A stretch of DNA of 64,000 bases from NCBI GenBank assembly GCA_904378095.1, contig CAJFHE010000004.1, forward strand, positions 3,588 to 67,587. The letters run 5' to 3'. Source of the stretch: an uncultured Clostridia bacterium (GTDB lineage: Bacteria; Bacillota; Clostridia; TANB77; CAG-508). The notes under the pieces were generated by a model. The model worked only from the letters and a program-made list of their open reading frames with translations, did not search any database and was not told the DNA's origin. A program made the position numbers and the translations under genes. This document shows, piece by piece, positions 21,806-31,314 of this stretch (its first letter is position 1; each line of letters starts with the position of its first letter).

Positions 21806-22075
21806 AAAAATCCCTCCTTAATTAATATATGCCTATAATATAATGATATGTTTTATTTGTCAAGCAAAAAAATAGCCATTGGAATACTGGTGACAGATTC
21901 TAATCTATCACTCTGAGTTCCAATGGCAAAGCAAGAAAATAGTCTCATTTTGAAGAAAAATAAATGCAATCTTTATTTGGAGATATTTTTTGAGTTTTGA
22001 CATTTTCTAAATGGCATTTCCCATCAATTTGATATTTACAATCACACGAACAATTTATATTTGTCAAAATAAAAT

Positions 22076-22100
22076 CACCCCATAACACATATTATGGGAT
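22076..22100 (-). terminator. rho-independent terminator after nth
   Basis: On the minus strand, CCCATAATATGTGTTATGGG followed by a U-rich tract. Confidence 0.6.
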
Positions 22101-22123
22101 GGTTAACAAAAAATATACGAAAA

Positions 22124-22756
22124 TTAATTATTTTTATAGTAATCGCAAAATTTATTAATTGGACATTGCTCGCATTTTGGTGAGCGAGCTGTACAAATAG
22201 CTCTTCCATGATATATAAGTATGTGATTAATATCTTTTAAATATTCATAGGGAAAAAGCTTTAATAAATCTTTTTCAATTTTTTCTGGAGTTTCTTCTTT
22301 AGAAAGACCAATCCTGTTTGATAATCTTTTGGCATGCGTGTCCACAGCGATTCCTTGTGGCTTATTGAAAGCCTCAAGCATTACTACATTTGCAGTCTTT
22401 CTTCCAACTCCTGGCAAACTCATTAGCTCATCCATACTTTCAGGCACTTTGCCATCAAAATCCTCTAAAATCTTTTTAGCAGTAAGCTTTATGTTTTTTG
22501 CTTTATTTTTATAAAATCCGCATGGGTGAATAAGCTCTTCCAAAGTTTCTAAAGGCATTTTGTCAAAATCTTCAGGTGTATTATATTTAGCAAAAATGCT
22601 TGGTGTAGTTTTATTAACTCTTTCATCAGTGCATTGTGCAGATAAAATAACTGCAACTAGCAATTCAAAAGGTGTAGCAAAATCTAAGCTACATTTAGCA
22701 TCAGAATAGGTTTCCTTCAATATTTCAATAATTTTTATTGCGTCTTTTTGAGCCAT
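22124..22756 (-). CDS. nth: endonuclease III
   Basis: HhH-GPD motif LPGVGRKTANVV; 4Fe-4S cluster CX6CX2CX5C at the C-terminus. Confidence 0.9.
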   Translation of the reverse strand: MAQKDAIKIIEILKETYSDAKCSLDFATPFELLVAVILSAQCTDERVNKTTPSIFAKYNTPEDFDKMPLETLEELIHPCGFYKNKAKNIKLTAKKILEDFDGKVPESMDELMSLPGVGRKTANVVMLEAFNKPQGIAVDTHAKRLSNRIGLSKEETPEKIEKDLLKLFPYEYLKDINHILIYHGRAICTARSPKCEQCPINKFCDYYKNN

Positions 22757-22920
22757 ACATTTCTTCCTTTCATATATTCATTAGCAAGATTATTATACCA
22801 GGTTTATATGAAAAAGTAAACGATAACCAGTATTGAAAAATAAAGATATGGTTAAACATAAAATAGTAACCAATAAATAGTTTTCCTAATATAATATACA
22901 AATGATGGGAGGTAATAACA

Positions 22921-23070
22921 ATGCTAAGACTATTGAAAAAAACAATTGCAGTATGTTTAATTGGATTGGGATTAGGAATATTGCTTGTATTATTACTTCC
23001 ATTATCTGGTTGGCTATTTTTAATTGGAGTTATTGTTGTAGCAGTTGGACTGATGTGGCTTTGTTGCTAA
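22921..23070 (+). CDS. small two-TM membrane peptide (49 aa), not in the supplied ORF track in this frame
   Basis: RBS GGGAGG 9 nt upstream; MLRLLKKTIAVCLIGLGLGILLVLLLPLSGWLFLIGVIVVAVGLMWLCC. Confidence 0.5.
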   Translation: MLRLLKKTIAVCLIGLGLGILLVLLLPLSGWLFLIGVIVVAVGLMWLCC

Positions 23071-23093
23071 TGTCAGATATAATAAGGAGGGAA

Positions 23094-23174
23094 ATGCATA
23101 TGACAATTGTTGTAAAAAAAGTTCCAAAATTTTTAAGAGGAATTGTAAAATTTATATTTAGAATTAAAGACTAA
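23094..23174 (+). CDS. 26-aa cationic amphipathic peptide MHMTIVVKKVPKFLRGIVKFIFRIKD
   Basis: Strong RBS AAGGAGGG 5 nt upstream of the ATG; net charge about +6. Confidence 0.4.
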   Translation: MHMTIVVKKVPKFLRGIVKFIFRIKD

Positions 23175-23403
23175 GTACATAAGAAAAGAAATTCTTTTTA
23201 GGATGGAGAAAAAGCTGGCACATATATTTATATCTCTTGAGTTAATAGAGTGTAAATATATGTGCTATTTTGGAATTGGGATTTAGTTAAAAACATATAA
23301 TGTACTAAAAGCATAAAAATAAAGTTTTGCATAATAAATCTTGCTTTTGCATGTAAAAAATGGTATTATATTCATGTATTTGTAAAAATGAGAGGGGATA
23401 AAA

Positions 23404-24384
23404 ATGGAAAAAGTTAAAGAATTTTTAAAAAATCCAAAGAAAACAGCTATTTTAGGCTTGCTTTTTTGCGCCATTATAGTTTTACTAAAATTATATTCAG
23501 TGATATCAAATAATTTGTTGAGTTATATGTTAATGTCTATTTTGTATATGACTAAGGATATAGGCCTAACAATTTATTTTGCTATTATTGTAATGAATAT
23601 GAGCAAACAAAAAGGAAATGTAGAAATGGCAAAAAATTTATTGATTCTTTTTGTGGCTATTTCAACAATATTTTCACTAATACCTTTTAGGGGATTTAAC
23701 ACAATAATTCCTTTGCTAGTAAATGTAATATTTATTATGTATTTATATAATATTTTTTATAAAAAATTTGAGTTTGTAAATAATAAAGTATTTTTATGCG
23801 CAATGGTTGTATATATAGCAATTTATAATATATATCCACTCATAACTTCACCATTAATGTATTTATCTATTTATGATATAATTCAGCTTTTAGCAAACAT
23901 AGCATTTATACCATATTTCTATAATTACTATAATTGGATAAATAATGCTAAAGATTCTAAGGATAAAAAGCTCTTAGAAGAAATGGAAATAGGTGAGACA
24001 AAAGCAATAAGCGCAACAAACGAAGAAGACAAAGACATTAGACGTGACATTTATGCACTATTCTGCAAAGAAATAACAGCTAACTTAAAAGCACCTTCTA
24101 CTGCTGTATTTTGTAAAGAAGAAGAGCTACAAATTGTAAAGCAAAATAACATGTATTATGTTTCTGGTTGGGTTGATAGTCAAAACAGCTATGGTGCAAT
24201 GGTTAGAACAAATATTAAAAACTTTAAAATTAAAGATGAAAATGGAATATTAATGATAAAGAGTAATGCCAAAGTTATGGCAAGCAATAGCTTCATTAAG
24301 CTTTTCGCAGCTAACTGGGTTTTCTCACTTATTGTTACTGTAATAACTTTCGTAATTATTTATGCAATTATTTCAAGTTTATAA
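23404..24384 (+). CDS. polytopic membrane protein of unknown function
   Basis: 326 aa; multiple TM helices plus a C-terminal soluble region and TM helix. Confidence 0.5.
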   Translation: MEKVKEFLKNPKKTAILGLLFCAIIVLLKLYSVISNNLLSYMLMSILYMTKDIGLTIYFAIIVMNMSKQKGNVEMAKNLLILFVAISTIFSLIPFRGFNTIIPLLVNVIFIMYLYNIFYKKFEFVNNKVFLCAMVVYIAIYNIYPLITSPLMYLSIYDIIQLLANIAFIPYFYNYYNWINNAKDSKDKKLLEEMEIGETKAISATNEEDKDIRRDIYALFCKEITANLKAPSTAVFCKEEELQIVKQNNMYYVSGWVDSQNSYGAMVRTNIKNFKIKDENGILMIKSNAKVMASNSFIKLFAANWVFSLIVTVITFVIIYAIISSL

Positions 24385-24424
24385 TGAGATTCACCATGAC
24401 AAAAAGAAAGGAATGAATATATAG

Positions 24425-26179
24425 ATGAAAGCAATAGAAATTAGAAACAAATATTTAAATTACTTTAAAAACCATGGGCATAAGGTAATTCCAAGTGCAC
24501 CACTTATACCAGAAAATGACCCATCGGTTTTATTTACAACAGCTGGAATGCAACCATTGGTACCATATTTGTTAGGTGAGAAACACCCAGAGGGAACTCG
24601 TCTTACAGATTATCAAAAATGTTTACGTACTAATGATATAGACGAAGTTGGAGACAATAGACATTTAACATACTTTGAAATGCTTGGAAACTGGTCATTA
24701 GGCGACTATTTTAAAGAAGAATCTGTAGCAATGAGCTTTGAGTTTCTAACAAAAGAGTTAGGAATACCAGTAGAAAGGCTTTCTGTTACATGCTTTGCAG
24801 GAGACGAAGATGCTCCAAGAGATGAAATTACAGCAGAATGTTGGAAAAAAGCTGGAATTCCAGAAGATAGAATTTATTTTTACGGAAAAGATGATAACTG
24901 GTGGATAGCAGGAGAGGAAGGACCATGCGGACCAGATACAGAAATGTTTTATGATACAGGAAAACCAGCATGCTCGCCAGATTGTCAGCCATCTTGTGAT
25001 TGTGGAAAATATGTGGAAATATGGAATAATGTTTTCATGGAATACTACAAAACAAAAGATGGAAAATACGAAAAATTAAAACAACATAATGTTGATACAG
25101 GACTTGGACTAGAGAGAATGACTATGCTTTTACAAGGCAAGGAAACACCATTTGACACAGAGTTATTTGCTCCAATTATGGAAAAATTAGAAGAGATTGA
25201 AAAAGTAGATGATATAGCTAGCAGAAGAATTGTAGCAGAGCATTTGCGTGCTAGCATGATGGTAATTGCAGATGGCGGCAGACCTTCAAACATAGATAGA
25301 GGATATGTTTTAAGAAAATTAATAAGAAGAATGTCAAGACATTTAAACAAATTGCAAGTAGATTTAAGCGAGTTAGAAGGATTAATAGATTTAGACATAG
25401 ATATTTTAAAAGAAATGTATCCAGAGCTTGAAAAGAATAGAGACACAATCAAACAAGTCATTACAGAAGAAAAAGACAAGTTTATGAAAACTCTTGCCCA
25501 TGGAGAGAAAGAATTTGAAAAAGCTATAAATAAAGCAAAAAATGAGAATAAAAATGTAATAGATGGACAAACTATATTTAAACTATATGAAACATATGGA
25601 TTCCCACCAGAAATTACAGCAGACTTAGCAAGGGAGCAAGGATTTGAAATAGATAATTCAGAATTTGAAAAGCTATTCAAAGAGCATCAAGAAAAATCAA
25701 GAATGGGTAGTGAGCAAAAATTCAAAGGTGGTTTGGCTGAGCAAAACGAAAAAACAATAGCATACCACACAGCAACACATTTACTTCATAAGGCATTACA
25801 AATAGTTTTAGGTGAGCATGCAACACAAAAAGGCTCAAACATCACAACAGAAAGATTAAGATTTGACTTTTCACATCCAGAAAAAATGACAAAAGAGCAA
25901 TTACAACAAGTTGAAGACATAGTAAATGAGCAAATAAAAAGAGATTTACCAGTAACATGTGAAGAAATGACACTTGAAGAAGCAAAAAAATCAGGTGCAA
26001 TGGGCTTATTCGAAAATAAATATGGTGACAAAGTAAAAGTATATACAATAGGAGATTTTAGCAAAGAAATATGTGGTGGTCCTCATGTGTCACACACAGG
26101 TGAATTAGGACATTTCAAAATAAAGAAAGAAGAATCAAGCTCAGCAGGAGTAAGAAGAATTAAGGCAGTTTTAGAATAA
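24425..26179 (+). CDS. alanine--tRNA ligase-like protein (catalytic plus editing domains, lacks the C-Ala domain), 584 aa
   Basis: AlaRS class II N-terminus (FTTAGMQP, GDYFKEE); editing-site motifs HTATHLLH and CGGPHV; ends about 290 aa short of a canonical AlaRS. Confidence 0.7.
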   Translation: MKAIEIRNKYLNYFKNHGHKVIPSAPLIPENDPSVLFTTAGMQPLVPYLLGEKHPEGTRLTDYQKCLRTNDIDEVGDNRHLTYFEMLGNWSLGDYFKEESVAMSFEFLTKELGIPVERLSVTCFAGDEDAPRDEITAECWKKAGIPEDRIYFYGKDDNWWIAGEEGPCGPDTEMFYDTGKPACSPDCQPSCDCGKYVEIWNNVFMEYYKTKDGKYEKLKQHNVDTGLGLERMTMLLQGKETPFDTELFAPIMEKLEEIEKVDDIASRRIVAEHLRASMMVIADGGRPSNIDRGYVLRKLIRRMSRHLNKLQVDLSELEGLIDLDIDILKEMYPELEKNRDTIKQVITEEKDKFMKTLAHGEKEFEKAINKAKNENKNVIDGQTIFKLYETYGFPPEITADLAREQGFEIDNSEFEKLFKEHQEKSRMGSEQKFKGGLAEQNEKTIAYHTATHLLHKALQIVLGEHATQKGSNITTERLRFDFSHPEKMTKEQLQQVEDIVNEQIKRDLPVTCEEMTLEEAKKSGAMGLFENKYGDKVKVYTIGDFSKEICGGPHVSHTGELGHFKIKKEESSSAGVRRIKAVLE

Positions 26180-26246
26180 TGTCGTTATAGGGACAGGCTT
26201 TATGGCGACAAGTTTGTCGTTTTTAGGCCTGTCCCTATAACGACAA
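26180..26246 (+). repeat. Repeat family A copy 4: palindromic variant with inverted TGTCGTTATAGGGACAGGC arms
   Basis: TGTCGTTATAGGGACAGGCTTTATGGCGACAAGTTTGTCGTTTTTAGGCCTGTCCCTATAACGACAA. Confidence 0.8.
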
Positions 26247-26276
26247 ACTAAGGAATATAAAAGAGAGGTAATAAAA

Positions 26277-26624
26277 ATGGAAGATTGTATTTTTTGTAAA
26301 ATAATAAAAAGAGAGATTCCTTCTGAAATAGTATATGAAGATGAAAAAGTTATAGTATTTAATGACGTAAACCCAGCTGCCCCAATCCATATATTAGTTG
26401 TTCCAAAGAAGCATATTGCTACTTTGCTTGAAGTATCAGAAGAAGATGACACACTAATTTCTTATATATATCAAGTGATAAATAAAATTGCTAAAGAAAG
26501 AGGATTTGCAGAAAACGGCTTTAGAGTTATTGCAAATTGCGGCAAAGATTCTGGACAAGAAGTAATGCACATTCATTTTCATGTACTAGGCGGCAAAAAA
26601 CTAGGTGCAAAAATAGTAGGGTAA
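26277..26624 (+). CDS. HIT-family nucleotide hydrolase
   Basis: HIHFHVLGG histidine-triad motif. Confidence 0.85.
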   Translation: MEDCIFCKIIKREIPSEIVYEDEKVIVFNDVNPAAPIHILVVPKKHIATLLEVSEEDDTLISYIYQVINKIAKERGFAENGFRVIANCGKDSGQEVMHIHFHVLGGKKLGAKIVG

Positions 26625-26769
26625 TATAGATTGAAAATTGAATATTACTTACAAAAAAATAAGAATGTTATTTAAGATACAGTAAAAATTAGTTTACAAA
26701 AGTGTAGATCATATATGAAATTTGTGGTATAATATATGTATATAATTAAGAAACAAGGGAGGAAAAAAT

Positions 26770-27468
26770 ATGTTTAATAGTAAATATAGTAAAACTTTAA
26801 CTGTAATTTTAATAGTAGTAATAATTGCAATTATAGGCTTACTTATATTCTTTGGCGTAGATGTTTATAGAAGATATTATATAGAAAGTACAGCAGGGGA
26901 TGCTGTAGAAGAATTTAAAGACGAGGTAAACAAAATTGCATCACTACCTGTAGATGAGAATACAATATTAAATGATGTATCACCAAATGTCGATTTAAAT
27001 ACGCTCTATCAAAATAATGGCTCAAGTATAGATGATGACGAAATAACAGGTGTAGATTATATGGGTTATAGTATGATTGGTACTATAGAAATTCCAAAAA
27101 CGGATATTGAATACCCAATAATTGCTGATGAAGATGCAAGTATCAACTCATTAAATGTTGCAATTGTAAAATTATACCCAAGTTCAGATTTATTAAATGA
27201 AGTAGGAAATACAGTATTGGCTGGTCACAACTATAAAAATGGTACATTCTTTTCAAACAATAAAAAGTTAGAAAAAGGTGACGAAATCTACATAACAGAT
27301 TTGACAGGAAGAAAAGTAACATATGAAATATATAATATATATGAAACAACAACAAGTGATTCAGAATATATGAACAGAGACACAAACGGTAGAAGAGAAA
27401 TTTCATTATCTACATGTACAGATGATACAAAAGAAAGATTAATTATTTGGGCAGCTGAGAAAATTTAA
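26770..27468 (+). CDS. sortase (SrtB-like)
   Basis: N-terminal TM helix; catalytic LSTC motif near the C-terminus; conserved His in AGHN. Confidence 0.75.
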   Translation: MFNSKYSKTLTVILIVVIIAIIGLLIFFGVDVYRRYYIESTAGDAVEEFKDEVNKIASLPVDENTILNDVSPNVDLNTLYQNNGSSIDDDEITGVDYMGYSMIGTIEIPKTDIEYPIIADEDASINSLNVAIVKLYPSSDLLNEVGNTVLAGHNYKNGTFFSNNKKLEKGDEIYITDLTGRKVTYEIYNIYETTTSDSEYMNRDTNGRREISLSTCTDDTKERLIIWAAEKI

Positions 27469-27528
27469 AAAATAGGTTGACAAATTGTTAGAGATGGGGT
27501 AAAATAATAAATGCAGTTACTTGAAGAT

Positions 27529-27606
27529 GGTGGATGTAGCGCAGTTGGTTAGAGCGCCAGTTTGTGGCACTGGAGGCCGTGGGTTCGAGTCCCATCTTCC
27601 ACCCCA
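27529..27606 (+). tRNA. tRNA-His (GUG) with the extra G-1
   Basis: Anticodon loop TTGTGGC; 8-bp acceptor stem including G-1:C73; T-loop TTCGAGT; CCA end encoded. Confidence 0.85.
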
Positions 27607-27627
27607 TCAATTTTATATTTTATACAT

Positions 27628-27702
27628 TGGGCTGTAGCCAAGCGGTAAGGCACCAGACTTTGACTCTGGCATGCGCTAGTTCGAATCTAGCCAGCCCAAC
27701 CA
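27628..27702 (+). tRNA. tRNA-Gln (UUG)
   Basis: Acceptor TGGGCTG/CAGCCCA; anticodon loop CTTTGAC; T-loop TTCGAAT; CCA encoded. Confidence 0.85.
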
Positions 27703-27706
27703 GGTG

Positions 27707-27745
27707 AAATAGCAACTTTCAGAAAATTGAGAGTTGCTATTTTTT
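27707..27745 (+). terminator. rho-independent terminator after the tRNA pair
   Basis: AATAGCAACT...AGTTGCTATT followed by a T7 run. Confidence 0.75.
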
Positions 27746-27813
27746 TGCCTGTCTAACAAAATGTCTAACAAATTAAAGGCTGACTGTCAATAGTTTATTT
27801 ATTAAAAAATTAT

Positions 27814-29283
27814 TTAGAAAATCTTCTTCAAATAAACCATTCTGCTAATTACAGCAATTACAATTATAGCAACTATTGCAACAATCAATCCAATTCCTTC
27901 ACCTGTTTGAGGTATAGGGTCTGGTGATACTGTATTATCAGGAGGTGTTATAGTTGGTTCTTCATATTTAACTACAATTGTAGGAGATTCATCAGATGTA
28001 CTATCTATTTGCTCTCCATTATTTTCTCCTGTAATGTCTACATGAGTATTTGTCGGTAATATTTGGTCTATAATCTCTTCGTCATAATCATCTTTTAAAG
28101 TAAGCTTATATACTAGTGTTGCAACTTCACCTTCGCTTAATAGCTCTATATTCCATGTGATAGAATTATTTGTTGTATCTATACTTTGTGATACTTCGCC
28201 AATGTTAGGACTTGCAACATATTCAAAATTAAAGTTGTCAATTATTTCTTGTGGAAAATAATCTGTAATAGTAATATTTCTCAATGTGTTATCTGTAGTC
28301 ACAACTAAATTGTTAAAAATGTCATTTACAATAGTATCTTCAAGCTCATCGTCTGGAATGTAAAAGTATGCACTTGTTGTAGAATTTTCTTCAGTTCCAA
28401 ATATTTCTTCTGCTAAGTCTCTATATGTTCTTTGTGTAGTTGGCTCAATAGTTTCACTATCTAAGTTAATCATAGCAGCTACAATTTGAGTCCCTGAATT
28501 TTCCATTTCCTCTAATTTTGCTTTAGTCCTTGTTGCAACTACTCCAGAGTATGTTCCAAAAGTACCGTTTGTATCATTATTTGGTACACCATCTGTTAAA
28601 AGTACAACATATCTATTTACATTTTCTTCATCAGAAAAATTTTCCTGTGCAATAGTTAAACCTGCTTCAATATTTGTTCTTGGTCCAACATCTAAGTTTG
28701 ATAGATTTGTTATAGCGCCTTTAACATCATCTTGCGAATTGCTTAGCTCTAATCTAAGTGTTGCATCATTAATTGTTCCTTCTGTTTCACCAGCAGTTGT
28801 ATCTAAGCTAGAAAATCCAACAACACCGATTTTTACATTTGGATTTGAAGCAAATAGCTTGTCAACTAGCGAGTTAGCAGAATCAATAACTGCTTGCTTT
28901 CTTGTTTTATCTCCAATATAGCTTTCAACCATACTAGAAGAATTATCTATAACAAAGAAAATTTCAACATCTTTATAAGATTCTTCAACTTCCTTTGTAT
29001 TTGTCATTGTAAGTGTAAGAGTGACTGACTTTTCTGTGGCATCATAATCAGTAATTTTCTTTTCGAATTCGCCAATGCCTCCAACATCAATGTGACAAAC
29101 TGTATCTTCTACAATCTCTAAAGAAGTAGTACCTTGAGCTGTTTGAGTAGTATTTTGAGTTTCATTTCCGCTTGGCGTGTTAAGTGCTATATCATTTGTT
29201 GCTAAAACACTTGTCATCATGCTAAATACAAAAATGAAAGCTACAAATGCAAATAAAAACTTTTTAAAACTAATTTTTACCAT
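27814..29283 (-). CDS. vWA-domain cell-wall-anchored surface protein with an IPQTG sorting signal (likely substrate of the adjacent sortase)
   Basis: Signal peptide; MIDAS motif DNSSSM; C-terminal IPQTGEG followed by a hydrophobic helix and RMVYLKK tail. Confidence 0.75.
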   Translation of the reverse strand: MVKISFKKFLFAFVAFIFVFSMMTSVLATNDIALNTPSGNETQNTTQTAQGTTSLEIVEDTVCHIDVGGIGEFEKKITDYDATEKSVTLTLTMTNTKEVEESYKDVEIFFVIDNSSSMVESYIGDKTRKQAVIDSANSLVDKLFASNPNVKIGVVGFSSLDTTAGETEGTINDATLRLELSNSQDDVKGAITNLSNLDVGPRTNIEAGLTIAQENFSDEENVNRYVVLLTDGVPNNDTNGTFGTYSGVVATRTKAKLEEMENSGTQIVAAMINLDSETIEPTTQRTYRDLAEEIFGTEENSTTSAYFYIPDDELEDTIVNDIFNNLVVTTDNTLRNITITDYFPQEIIDNFNFEYVASPNIGEVSQSIDTTNNSITWNIELLSEGEVATLVYKLTLKDDYDEEIIDQILPTNTHVDITGENNGEQIDSTSDESPTIVVKYEEPTITPPDNTVSPDPIPQTGEGIGLIVAIVAIIVIAVISRMVYLKKIF

Positions 29284-29320
29284 ATTACATTTCTCCTTTT
29301 TTACAAAAACTTCAATATAT

Positions 29321-29349
29321 ATTATATAATAAATGCACGGAATTATCAA
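29321..29349 (-). promoter_or_regulatory. sigma-A-type promoter for the vWA surface protein gene
   Basis: On the minus strand, TTGATA, 17 nt, TATAAT. Confidence 0.5.
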
Positions 29350-29418
29350 CTAAAATTTGTAATTATATTATATTGACACATATGATATCATATATGCAAA
29401 TGCATGAAAGGAAATCTT

Positions 29419-31296
29419 ATGAAAATTTTAGATAATATTAATTTACCAAAAGACTTGAAACAACTTAATAAAGAAGAAAAGGCACAGTTGGCGCAAGAGT
29501 TACGTCAGTTAGTTATAGAGACAGTGTCGGAAACAGGAGGGCATCTTGCTTCTAATTTGGGAGTTGTAGAGCTTACTATCGCACTTCTTGACACATTTGA
29601 TTTGCCAAATGATGTCATAGTATGGGATGTTGGGCACCAGACATATATTCATAAAATACTTACAGGCAGAAAGAATAAAATAAGCACATTAAGAAAATTT
29701 AATGGATTGGCGGGTTTTCCAAAATCAGTCGAGTCTGAGTATGATAGCTTTAATACAGGACATAGCAGCACATCAATTTCGGCAGCTCTGGGCATTGCGA
29801 GAGCTCGAGATATAAAAAAAGAAAATAATTATGTGATTGCTGTGATTGGAGATGGCGCATTAACTGGAGGTATGGCATTAGAGGCGTTAAATGATGCTGG
29901 AAATAGCAATACCAATTTAATAGTGGTTTTAAATGACAACGAAATGAGCATAGCGAAAAATGTTGGCGGAATTTCTGAGTTTTTAACTAGAATAAGAACA
30001 AGAAAGCTTTACAACAAGTCAAATAGATATATAAAAAATGCTGTGTCACATATTCCGAGAGTTGGGAATGGGATAATTAAATTTGTAAGAAAAATAAAAT
30101 ATGGAATAAAGCAGCTAATTATTCCAAACATGCTATTTGAAGATTTAGGCTTCAAATATCTTGGACCAGTTGATGGCAACAATATAGAAGATTTAGAGGA
30201 AATATTCAAGAAAGCAAAAGATTTGGAAGGACCAATTCTAATACATGCAATTACAAAAAAAGGAAAAGGATACAGACCTGCGGAGGAAAATCCAGACAAA
30301 TTTCATAGCTCATCAGCGTTTGAAATAGCAACAGGAATGCCAAAAAAGAAGAAGGGTGACGATTATTCTAAAATTTTTGGCAAAAAATTAGTGAAGCTTG
30401 CTGAAAATAATAAAAAGATAGTGGCAGTAACAGCTGCAATGAAAGATGGAACAGGACTTACAGAATTTGCAGAAAAATTCCCAGGAAGATTTTTTGATGT
30501 TGGCATCGCTGAGCAGCATGCTTTAACCATGGCAGCAGGAATTGCAAAAAATGGGCTAATTCCTGTAGTTAGTATTTATTCTTCGTTTTATCAAAGGGGG
30601 TATGACCAAGTAATACATGACATTTGCTTGCAAAACCTTCCTGTTATAATGTGTGTGGACAGAGCAGGAATAGTAGGAAATGATGGTGAAACACATCAAG
30701 GTATATATGACATGGCTTTCTTTAGACTGATTCCAAATATCTGTATAATGGCACCAAAGGATTTTACAGAGCTTGAGCAAATGCTAGAGTTTGCGGTTTC
30801 GTTAAAAAAGCCAGTTGTAATTCGCTATCCAAGAGGTGGAGAAGAAAAAGAAAAGTTTACAGAGCATAATAATATCGAATTGGGAAAATGTGAAAAAGTT
30901 AAAACGATTTTGTTGGAAAATGACAAAAAATATGTTACAATAATTGCAATTGGCAATATGGTGTCAAAATCTATGCAAGTTGCTAGGGCACTTTCAGAAA
31001 AAAATATAGAGGCTGAGGTAATTAATGCTAGATTTTTAAAACCGTTGGACAAAGAGAGTATAATACAATCCATAGAAAAGACAAAAAAATGCATTACAAT
31101 TGAGGATGGAACTATTATAGGGGGATTAGGCTCTGCAATAAAAGAATTGATTTCAGAAGAAAATTTGAAAGATATACAAATAAAATCATTTGCATATCCA
31201 GATAAATTTATAGAGCATGGAAGCATTGAAGAATTAGAAGCAAAATATGGATTAGATGTAGACACAATTTGTGCATACATAGAAGGCATGATTTAG
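29419..31296 (+). CDS. dxs: 1-deoxy-D-xylulose-5-phosphate synthase
   Basis: TPP-binding GDGALTGG motif; typical N-terminus MKILDNINLPKDLKQL; 625 aa. Confidence 0.9.
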   Translation: MKILDNINLPKDLKQLNKEEKAQLAQELRQLVIETVSETGGHLASNLGVVELTIALLDTFDLPNDVIVWDVGHQTYIHKILTGRKNKISTLRKFNGLAGFPKSVESEYDSFNTGHSSTSISAALGIARARDIKKENNYVIAVIGDGALTGGMALEALNDAGNSNTNLIVVLNDNEMSIAKNVGGISEFLTRIRTRKLYNKSNRYIKNAVSHIPRVGNGIIKFVRKIKYGIKQLIIPNMLFEDLGFKYLGPVDGNNIEDLEEIFKKAKDLEGPILIHAITKKGKGYRPAEENPDKFHSSSAFEIATGMPKKKKGDDYSKIFGKKLVKLAENNKKIVAVTAAMKDGTGLTEFAEKFPGRFFDVGIAEQHALTMAAGIAKNGLIPVVSIYSSFYQRGYDQVIHDICLQNLPVIMCVDRAGIVGNDGETHQGIYDMAFFRLIPNICIMAPKDFTELEQMLEFAVSLKKPVVIRYPRGGEEKEKFTEHNNIELGKCEKVKTILLENDKKYVTIIAIGNMVSKSMQVARALSEKNIEAEVINARFLKPLDKESIIQSIEKTKKCITIEDGTIIGGLGSAIKELISEENLKDIQIKSFAYPDKFIEHGSIEELEAKYGLDVDTICAYIEGMI

Positions 31297-31314
31297 GAGG
31301 GAATTGGGCAAGAA

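Noticed and set aside
22902-23174. The 90-aa ORF 22902-23174 as a single protein
   Set aside because: It has no RBS and a polar N-terminus. The region is better explained by two RBS-preceded short ORFs in different registers.
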